DNA of 64,000 bases from an uncultured Saprospiraceae bacterium. Its GTDB lineage: Bacteria > Bacteroidota > Bacteroidia > Chitinophagales > Saprospiraceae. A program made the position numbers and the translations under genes. The stretch covers positions 4,851 through 68,850 of the forward strand of contig CAZFWJ010000011.1 of the NCBI GenBank assembly GCA_964522505.1, written 5' to 3'. The notes below the pieces were generated by a model, which did not search any database, had not been told where the DNA came from, and saw only the letters and a list, made by a program, of their open reading frames with translations. Positions 56,732-64,000 of the stretch are shown here, one piece after another (position 1 is the first letter of the stretch; every line of letters begins with the position of its first letter).

Positions 56732-57973
56732 ATGCCATCAAAAAAAGTCGAATTTCTCAATAGCGACGGAGTGAAATTATCCGCTAAAATAGACTTGCCT
56801 TTAAGCAGGTCTCCATATCCCTTTGCATTATTTGCTCATGTCTTTACGGGCAACAAAAATCTTACTTCAGCGAGACATATCAGCCGTGCGTTGACACAAC
56901 ATGGTATAGGGGTTATGCGATTTGACTTTACAGGACTCGGTGAAAGCGAAGGGAATTTTTCTGAAACTAACTTCTCTTCTAATATTTGTGATTTAGAGTC
57001 GGCTGCAGACTACTTGGCGGAGCACTTTGTTAGTCCGTCTATCTTAATAGGTCAATCGTTAGGAGGCTCGGCAGCACTATTTGCCTCACAGAGAATAGAG
57101 AGCATAAAGGCCGTCGTAACCATAGGATCTCCATCATATCCTGAGCATGTAACCCATCTCCTGAGTGACAATCTCGAAACCATTGAGAAAAATGGTTGTG
57201 CGGTAGTGAATGTCGGCGGTCGAGAGTTTACAATTAAAAAGCAGTTCTTAGATGATCTGCGTAGTCAGAACCACACCGATGTCATTAAGAACCTCAACAA
57301 AGGTTTACTAGTAATGCACTCTCCTCAGGACACCATAGTTGGCATAGACAATGCAGCAAACATCTATTCTCTGGCTAAGCACCCTAAAAGCTTTGTCACG
57401 CTTGATGGTGCAGATCATATGCTTACTAATAAGGAGGATGCTAAATATGCCGGTACAGTTATATCCTCATGGGTCCGTAGATATGTAGATTTCCCAGAAG
57501 AGCTACAACTAAAAACAGACAAGGACGTCGTTGTAAGATTAGAGGATGAAGATATATACACTACCGATATACTTGCAGGAAGTCATAGCATGATTGCCGA
57601 TGAGCCGGGCTCCATAGGAGGACACAACTTCGGTCCTTCCCCATATGAACTGCTGAATAGTAGCTTAGGAGCGTGTACTGCCATGACGCTTCAGATGTAT
57701 GCCAGACGCAAAGGATGGGATTTACAAGAGGTTAGGGTACATCTATCTCATGCTAAAAAGAATATACACCAAGATGACATGCAAGAGGTAGAAAAGTCAA
57801 GTAAACGCATCGATAGATTTGAAAAAGTCTTAGAACTGGTTGGTGATCTCGATGACGAACAGAAACGCAGACTCTTGCAAATAGCAGGCAAGTGTCCTGT
57901 CCACCGGACGCTATCAAGCCCTCAGGAATTTGCTACCAGGCTATTAGAAGACGAAGACTGGACTATAAATTAA
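56732..57973 (+). CDS. Alpha/beta-hydrolase fused to an OsmC-like domain
   Basis: 413-aa ORF. Nucleophile elbow GQSLGGS in the N-terminal half. OsmC-type Cys contexts LGACTAMTL and GKCPVHRTL in the C-terminal half. Confidence 0.82.
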   Translation: MPSKKVEFLNSDGVKLSAKIDLPLSRSPYPFALFAHVFTGNKNLTSARHISRALTQHGIGVMRFDFTGLGESEGNFSETNFSSNICDLESAADYLAEHFVSPSILIGQSLGGSAALFASQRIESIKAVVTIGSPSYPEHVTHLLSDNLETIEKNGCAVVNVGGREFTIKKQFLDDLRSQNHTDVIKNLNKGLLVMHSPQDTIVGIDNAANIYSLAKHPKSFVTLDGADHMLTNKEDAKYAGTVISSWVRRYVDFPEELQLKTDKDVVVRLEDEDIYTTDILAGSHSMIADEPGSIGGHNFGPSPYELLNSSLGACTAMTLQMYARRKGWDLQEVRVHLSHAKKNIHQDDMQEVEKSSKRIDRFEKVLELVGDLDDEQKRRLLQIAGKCPVHRTLSSPQEFATRLLEDEDWTIN

Positions 57974-59643
57974 GACCAGACTACCTTGTCTGGTGCTTCA
58001 TGCCAGCTTAAATACTTCTGACCATATATATCGTCGATCTTACTACGCTTAACCTTAAGAGTAGGTGTCAAGATATCGTTTTCTACTGACCATAATTCTG
58101 TGTCAATTATGGCGGTTGATATATGTTCGTATTTAGCGCGATCTTGATTAGCAGCGATGACACTTTCTTGTATAGATTTAGCTACCTCCTCTTTACTGGC
58201 TTTCTGGCCAATCTCAGAGAGATTAAGTAATGCGATTGGTTGAGGTATTCCTAATCCAGCTACACAGACTTGCTCAACGAAATCATTTTTCATGATGACT
58301 TCTTCCATGGGATTAGGTGTTACATAACTTCCTTTCGAAGTTTTGAAGGCATCCTTAACCCGTCCTATAACTCTTACATAGCCATTGGCATCTATAGTGC
58401 CACGGTCTCCACTATGCATCCAACCATCTATTAAGACCTCGTTAGTCTTCTCGGGATTCTTGTAATATCCCGTCATCATATATGGTGTTTTCATCAATAT
58501 TTCATCAGTATCGGGATCTATTTTCACTTCACCAAAAGGAATCGCTTGACCGACAGAATCTTGTGGTGATTTAGGGTCTGGGCTGTTGGTCATCGACCCG
58601 CACACTTCAGTCATACCATATGCCTCAACTAAATGAATGCCTAGCTTTTTGTAAAAATCTTTAATAAATGCCGGAGTAATAGCTGCTCCTGTAGCAGCTA
58701 TCTTTATATCTCGCATCCCTAAGGCAGTTCTCAGTTTCTTCTTTACGATGCTGGACACGATGGGTATCTTGAGCATTCTATCAAGTTTTTTCTGAGGCAT
58801 CTTAGCCAGGACTCCTAAGTAAAACTTAGTCCATATCCTCGGCACAGCAAAGAACATGGTGGGTTGAGTATCCTGAAGATTCTTGGCAAATGTGTCAAGG
58901 CTCTCAGCGAATGAGATAGATCCTCCCATGGCGATACAAGGCACCTCGACTCCCAAGCGCTCGCCGACATGATTAAGCGGTAGAAATGAGAAATTTTTCC
59001 AATTTTGGACTTTACCCATGCCTAGCCAATCAGTCGTGAGCTCATTAGCAATTATTAACCCTGGTGTCTTGTGGACATGCATTACACCCTTCGGAGTTCC
59101 TGTAGTGCCAGAGGTAAACTTAATCGTCCAAAGATCATCACCATTAGGAATGAAATTCTCTGTAGTTGGCTCATGCTTACTGATCAATGAGTCCCAATTC
59201 TCACCCACGGTAATCTCAGCATTATCATCATAATGCGGAAACTTAATGACATCCACATTATCGGGAATAGCATCACCCTTATCACCCCAACTATCAAGCT
59301 TGCCAACGAATAACAGCTTAACATCGCTAAGTAGGATGACTTGTTCCAATTGCTTCTTCGGGAGGCTGGCATAGTAAGGCACCGATACATATCCCCCCAT
59401 CATAATCGCTAAGTCAGCCAGTATCCAGTGATAACAATTCTTGGATAATATGCCAATATGGTCTCCTTTTTGGAGCCCTTTGGCCGCTAGGGTCGTAGCC
59501 ATTCGGCGCGCCTGTTGGCCCGCTTCTCTATAGGTGAGCGTCTTCCAGGTATCTCCCTTTGGTTGCCTTAAGAATACCTTATCTGGAGTGGTAGATTCCC
59601 AGTGGTAAAAATGCCCAATAATAGTCTTGTATTCTGCATTCAT
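57970..59643 (-). CDS. AMP-dependent acyl-CoA synthetase (long-chain-fatty-acid-CoA ligase-like)
   Basis: AMP-binding motif FTSGTTGTPKGV, plus GYGMTE-like EAYGMTE and GDRG. Start taken at the ATG (MNAEYKT..), 9 nt inside the TTG-initiated ORF. Confidence 0.88.
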   Translation of the reverse strand: MNAEYKTIIGHFYHWESTTPDKVFLRQPKGDTWKTLTYREAGQQARRMATTLAAKGLQKGDHIGILSKNCYHWILADLAIMMGGYVSVPYYASLPKKQLEQVILLSDVKLLFVGKLDSWGDKGDAIPDNVDVIKFPHYDDNAEITVGENWDSLISKHEPTTENFIPNGDDLWTIKFTSGTTGTPKGVMHVHKTPGLIIANELTTDWLGMGKVQNWKNFSFLPLNHVGERLGVEVPCIAMGGSISFAESLDTFAKNLQDTQPTMFFAVPRIWTKFYLGVLAKMPQKKLDRMLKIPIVSSIVKKKLRTALGMRDIKIAATGAAITPAFIKDFYKKLGIHLVEAYGMTEVCGSMTNSPDPKSPQDSVGQAIPFGEVKIDPDTDEILMKTPYMMTGYYKNPEKTNEVLIDGWMHSGDRGTIDANGYVRVIGRVKDAFKTSKGSYVTPNPMEEVIMKNDFVEQVCVAGLGIPQPIALLNLSEIGQKASKEEVAKSIQESVIAANQDRAKYEHISTAIIDTELWSVENDILTPTLKVKRSKIDDIYGQKYLSWHEAPDKVVWS

Positions 59644-59843
59644 CACGATCAATTATTTGATGAGGTCAAAATAACATTGATTTTTAATTTGAATGCATCT
59701 ATTCAGACCAATTTTTAACTTGAACGGATAATTACAAAACTATCCAATTCTCACTCCTAAGAAAGAAGTCTATCCTATTGTGAAGCTCGTAAGATGTTCT
59801 AACTTTAGTGTGATCACTAACTCCGTCCAACACAAATCATATT

Positions 59844-61316
59844 ATGTCATCCTTCCTCAGGTCTCATACTTGGAAACGTTTCAGAAGATCCCCACTATTC
59901 GGTAGAAATATGGCAGAAGGAGGACTCAAGATGTTCTTTGGCCTGTACTTCGCTATGATGTTCTTAGTGACCAGTACGACGGGCGGATTCTTGTTGCAGA
60001 AACTCTATCCAGATATAGATGTAGTGCATTCTGGTGGAGCTATCATATTGTATTACTTCATATGCAGTCTGGTGATGCGATATATCTTTCAGAAGTTTGA
60101 TGGCATGCAAATCAAACCATATCTACATCTACCTATTAAAGAATCTAAAATCACCAATTACCTTCTTAACAAGTCATTCCTTGATTTCTTCAATCTGTTC
60201 CCACTTTTATTGATGCTCCCGTTCATGTTAGTGTCAGTACTGCCCGCAGTGAGTATGGTGACATTTTTTGGTTTACTTCTATTTTTTATAGGTATCGTTT
60301 TTGTAAACCACTTTACTACCTATCTATTATCTAAGGGGCAATCAAGGATGTCGAATTGGCTATTAATACTCATCCCAGTGCTCATTCTTGTCATCTATTG
60401 GGATTATAAGTATGGCTTAGGGCTCTTAAAAAGGTTATCCGCCTTTGTAGCAACGGTCATCGACAACCCATGGATCATGCCTATTCCAGCGATTATTGCT
60501 GCCCTATTATACTTCAAGGTACGCACCGATCTTCATCACAACATCAATGATTTCAATTCAGTCAAATCCTCTGGATTATATGGTACTACTTTCGAATTAC
60601 CCTTTTTACAAAAACATGGATTAATCGGTAGCATCATTCAACTAGAGATCAACCTTGTCATTAGATCTAAACGAGCTCGGCAATATGCTTACACCAGTGT
60701 ATTCATGCTTTTATATCCGCTTTTTTTACTTGGAGGAACAGAAATTGATGAGCATGCTATTATGATCTTTTGTGCTCTTTTTGTTGCTGGGGCATTCAGT
60801 CTCAATTATGGTACTTTCTTGTTCGCCTGGAACAGTAATCACTTCGATTTAATACTTTCTCAGGTTCCTGAAATCCGAGATTATATAAAAGCTAAAATAT
60901 ATTTGCTATCTGCCTCTACTGTTCTTTTTACGATTATTGGCCTACCATATCTATTTCTGAATGCGCAATTTTATGTCCTCGTTCTTGCAGTTGGGTTGTT
61001 CGGCCTGTCGGGGATACCTATGATTTACATTTTGTTTTCGCTATACAATTCTAAAAAGATCGATCCAAATGAAGGAGGTGCTTTTTCCACATCAGGTATG
61101 GGAGTGATGCACTTTGTAATAATGATCCCAGTAATGATTATTCCAATATTGATTTTTTATGGTGGTAATGCTCTGTTAGGAACACCTTGGGGAATCATAT
61201 GTATTGCCGTAACAGGAATGATCTGTTTGTTGCTGATGGGACCATTTATTAATTGGGCAGCGACATTATTCCGAACAAGAAAATATAGCTTAAGCGAAGC
61301 TTTTAGAGAACAATAA
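59844..61316 (+). CDS. Polytopic membrane protein (DUF5687-like), putative ABC-2-type permease partner
   Basis: 490-aa ORF with at least 10 hydrophobic helices. Immediately followed (2-nt gap) by an ABC ATPase gene. The DUF5687 label is from memory. Confidence 0.6.
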   Translation: MSSFLRSHTWKRFRRSPLFGRNMAEGGLKMFFGLYFAMMFLVTSTTGGFLLQKLYPDIDVVHSGGAIILYYFICSLVMRYIFQKFDGMQIKPYLHLPIKESKITNYLLNKSFLDFFNLFPLLLMLPFMLVSVLPAVSMVTFFGLLLFFIGIVFVNHFTTYLLSKGQSRMSNWLLILIPVLILVIYWDYKYGLGLLKRLSAFVATVIDNPWIMPIPAIIAALLYFKVRTDLHHNINDFNSVKSSGLYGTTFELPFLQKHGLIGSIIQLEINLVIRSKRARQYAYTSVFMLLYPLFLLGGTEIDEHAIMIFCALFVAGAFSLNYGTFLFAWNSNHFDLILSQVPEIRDYIKAKIYLLSASTVLFTIIGLPYLFLNAQFYVLVLAVGLFGLSGIPMIYILFSLYNSKKIDPNEGGAFSTSGMGVMHFVIMIPVMIIPILIFYGGNALLGTPWGIICIAVTGMICLLLMGPFINWAATLFRTRKYSLSEAFREQ

Positions 61317-61318
61317 TC

Positions 61319-62026
61319 ATGGAGAAAGAGTCACTGATAGAAATCAATAATCTGACCAAGAGTTATCAGGGTCAGCAAGTCTTAAATGTATCTGACATGA
61401 AGATTAGGAGCGGAGAAATTATAGGCCTCATCGGCAATAACGGCGCAGGCAAGACTACCCTTATGAGTCTGATGTTAGACTTGATAAAAGCGAGTACTGG
61501 ATGGGTTAAGAGCAAGTCATCATTAGTATCAGAAACTGAGGCTTGGAAACATTATACTGGTTCATATTTAGACGAGAGCTTTTTAATCAACTTTCTTACG
61601 CCAGACGAATACTTCAGATTCGTAGGAGAACTGCATGGTATGTCTACTAATGAGACGGAAAATTTCGTAAATCAATTCGAGACTATATTTAACGGGGAGA
61701 TAATAGGTCAAAAGAAGTATATCCGAGACCTCTCCAAAGGGAACCAAAAGAAAGTTGGTATCGTAGCTGCACTCTTCGGCAACCCCGAAGTTCTTCTTCT
61801 TGATGAACCCTTTGCTAATCTTGATCCTACCACACAGATCAGAATCAAAAAACTTGTTCAAGATCTAAGTACAACATCTATCATAAGCAGTCATGACATC
61901 AATCAAGTGACTGATATCGCAACACGGATCATCTTACTGGAAAAAGGTCAAGTTGTAAAAGACGTCCAGAAGAATGAAAATACGCTGAAGGAACTATCTG
62001 CCTACTTTCAGTCACAGCTGCAATAA
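61319..62026 (+). CDS. ABC transporter ATP-binding protein
   Basis: Walker A GNNGAGKTT, signature LSKGNQKK, Walker B LLLLDEPFANLD. Confidence 0.88.
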   Translation: MEKESLIEINNLTKSYQGQQVLNVSDMKIRSGEIIGLIGNNGAGKTTLMSLMLDLIKASTGWVKSKSSLVSETEAWKHYTGSYLDESFLINFLTPDEYFRFVGELHGMSTNETENFVNQFETIFNGEIIGQKKYIRDLSKGNQKKVGIVAALFGNPEVLLLDEPFANLDPTTQIRIKKLVQDLSTTSIISSHDINQVTDIATRIILLEKGQVVKDVQKNENTLKELSAYFQSQLQ

Positions 62027-62279
62027 AGTTTTGTACAGAATCATCATCGCCAATGACCTCCTTTGTTCCTTTTTTGTAAAAATCTTATTGTATTCTAAGA
62101 CAGAATAATTTGGTTAATTGAATGCCTTGAATTCTTTGGTAATTATATAACTGTATGGCCTTTTCTGAACTAGGTTTAAGATATTTTGGTAATACAGTTA
62201 TGTTCATTTGGGTTAAAATATTTATTGTCATTAACTAGTTTACCTATGATCAATAAACTTGAATTTGATCTGTTTATGA

Positions 62280-63743
62280 TCAATCTAGGCCTTTTAGTTT
62301 ATCATACTTACGCCAGTCTACCTTTTTAGTCCTCCTAATGTACTCCATTGTTCTCCCAGGATAGTTGTTAGGTGAGGAGCCATCAGCTGATCGATACCAG
62401 CTCTCTCCTTCTGTGGCCCAGATCATCTTATTGAGTCTTTCCTGTGTCTCTTGGTAATACGCTTCCATAACTTCCTTCTTGACATCCATAGACTTGAGTT
62501 GATCATCTTTCATCTTCTGGATACATTGAGCGATATAGTTGGCCTGAGCTTCGCTCATGATGATGATTGAGTTGTGTCCTAAGTTAGTATTAGGTCCATA
62601 CATCATAAATAGATTAGGAAAGCCATGTACGCTGATCCCCAAGTAATTCTGCGATCCCTTCGACCATATATCCTTGATCGATTTATTATTCACTCCAGTT
62701 ACTTCAATTTCTTTTAAGAATGGATTCGTAATAAAACCCGTCCCGAAGATTAAGACATCAACGTCATATGATCCTTCTGAAGATTGCACTCCTGACGAAT
62801 GCATCCCTTGAATTTGGGATGTAACCAACTTCACATTGTTTCTGGCTAATGCAGGATAGTACGTGTCAGAAAACAATACTCGCTTTGCACCCATAGGGAA
62901 TAATGGCGTCAATGTTTTGACCAAGTCTTCATCCTTGATATGATCCTTGATGAACTTGATACTTTGAGCTTGATATAGTTTTCTGAGCCATTGATTACTA
63001 TTCTGCATCAGAAAGAATAAGCCGCCACCTAAGAGCCAAATCTTGATTCGATACAGCTTCAATAGAAGCGGTATTCTCCTCACTAATTTCTTCTCCCATT
63101 CACGATACATTCGATCTTGCTTCGGCAACATCCAGTTTGCAGATCTTTGGAAGACGATGACCTCTCCAGCGACTTTAGCAATCTCAGGTATGAATTGCAC
63201 TGCACTTGCAGCATTGCCTATGACCCCTACCCGCTTACCAGTCAAATCAACATCATGATTCCACCGAGCTGAATGAAAGTACGGGATGCTCAGGTTGTCT
63301 ATATTCTTGAATTTAGGGATAGACGGATGATGCAATTGGCCGATGGCTGTAATTATGGATGATGATTGATACTTCTTGCCTGCCGTAGTCTGCACATTCC
63401 AAATGCAGCTTTCTTGAAGCCAAGTAGCGCTGATTACCTCCTCATCAAATAATATATGATCTCGCAGATTGTGCTTGTCTGCAACGTGATTAATGTATTG
63501 CAATATTTGTGGCTGCATAGACCACTTATACTCCCACTCTGGATAAGGCTCGAATGAATAACTATACAGCGCCGATGGAATATCGCACTCTGCTCCTGGA
63601 TAGGTATTTTCTCTCCAAGTACCCCCTATGTCTGACTCTTTCTCCAGTATGATAAAATCCTCTATGCCTCTTTCTTTCAGTTTGATGGCCATGCAAAGAC
63701 CAGAGAAGCCGGTACCAATAATTATTACTGTAGTATGAATCAT
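62280..63743 (-). CDS. Flavin-containing / Baeyer-Villiger-type monooxygenase
   Basis: FAD motif IIIGTGFSG, FMO/BVMO-type motif YFHSARWNHD, second Rossmann GVIGNAASAVQ. Start placed at the internal ATG (MIHTTVIIIG..). Confidence 0.82.
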   Translation of the reverse strand: MIHTTVIIIGTGFSGLCMAIKLKERGIEDFIILEKESDIGGTWRENTYPGAECDIPSALYSYSFEPYPEWEYKWSMQPQILQYINHVADKHNLRDHILFDEEVISATWLQESCIWNVQTTAGKKYQSSSIITAIGQLHHPSIPKFKNIDNLSIPYFHSARWNHDVDLTGKRVGVIGNAASAVQFIPEIAKVAGEVIVFQRSANWMLPKQDRMYREWEKKLVRRIPLLLKLYRIKIWLLGGGLFFLMQNSNQWLRKLYQAQSIKFIKDHIKDEDLVKTLTPLFPMGAKRVLFSDTYYPALARNNVKLVTSQIQGMHSSGVQSSEGSYDVDVLIFGTGFITNPFLKEIEVTGVNNKSIKDIWSKGSQNYLGISVHGFPNLFMMYGPNTNLGHNSIIIMSEAQANYIAQCIQKMKDDQLKSMDVKKEVMEAYYQETQERLNKMIWATEGESWYRSADGSSPNNYPGRTMEYIRRTKKVDWRKYDKLKGLD

Positions 63744-63855
63744 AAGCGCTCCTAAAATAAAGAATAATAATGCCAAAGACTGAGGTCATAATTGGTCATC
63801 AATGCATTATAGTTCTATATTTCCTGAGCGGATAAATATCTGTATACGTAGAATT

Positions 63856-64000
63856 ATGAAGAACAGAATAACGGTTATAGGCAGTAGTAATACTGATATG
63901 GTCATCAAGTCAGATCGACTACCAGTGCCTGGCGAGACTGTAATAGGTAATCAGTTTAGCATGCACCACGGGGGAAAAGGCGCTAATCAAGCTGTTGCTG
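63856..64000 (+). CDS. Ribokinase/PfkB-family sugar kinase, N-terminal fragment (continues beyond the window)
   Basis: [48 protein letters not shown], read by hand from the ATG at 63856. The GGKGANQA motif is typical of ribokinases. Confidence 0.7.
   Translation, partial: MKNRITVIGSSNTDMVIKSDRLPVPGETVIGNQFSMHHGGKGANQAVA

Noticed and set aside
57970-57973. Convergent hydrolase-OsmC and acyl-CoA synthetase genes share overlapping stop codons (TTAA). The MATE and DoxX genes are likewise separated by 1 nt (48395/48397).
   Set aside because: Overlapping convergent stops are common in compact bacterial genomes. No additional structure suggests regulation.
62147-62201. 10-bp inverted repeat ATAACTGTAT ... 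ATACAGTTAT, with a duplicated TTTGGTAAT motif, between the convergent ABC ATPase and monooxygenase genes.
   Set aside because: It is AT-rich, short, has a 35-nt loop and has no T-tract. This is plausible by chance in an AT-rich spacer. At most it is a weak terminator.

Overview
This 64-kb segment looks like the chromosome of a (probably marine) Bacteroidota genome. The taxonomic call is inference from three things: a T9SS-type C-terminal sorting domain on a giant secreted protein, a TonB-dependent receptor with an N-terminal CarboxypepD_reg-like domain, and many lipoproteins and ECF-type regulators.

I support about 50 protein-coding genes. Content is mostly housekeeping and peripheral metabolism.
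- Amino-acid catabolism and gluconeogenesis: pckA, sdaA, ald, an aromatic amino acid hydroxylase, a threonine-synthase-family PLP enzyme.
- Peptidases: an M1 domain fused to an ABC permease, M14, M20.
- Transporters: MFS, DMT, MATE, NhaD, two ABC-2-type pairs.
- Oxidoreductases.

I found no rRNA gene, no intact tRNA gene, no CRISPR array, no intact mobile element and no recognisable defence island.

Traces of past rearrangement:
- an IS3-family orfA remnant (11244-11552)
- a heavily deleted epimerase pseudogene (32823-33158) beside a visibly AT-richer hydroxylase gene
- a tRNA-like 3' fragment (27267-27302)
- a 0.75-kb gene-free tract (39090-39837)

I cannot point to one clear-cut new system. 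The best candidates for something under-described are:
1. An 1815-aa T9SS cargo protein in which an unrecognised ~200-aa domain is duplicated on either side of nine Cys-bearing modules.
2. A tightly linked parallel-beta-helix protein plus two-CxxCH protein pair.
3. An ABC ATPase plus permease::M1-aminopeptidase fusion.
4. Heptamer-periodic tandem repeat arrays bracketing an esterase gene.
5. An ECF sigma factor coupled to a membrane protein with a beta-barrel-like C-terminus.

All family assignments come from motif recognition by eye and need HMM or BLAST confirmation.
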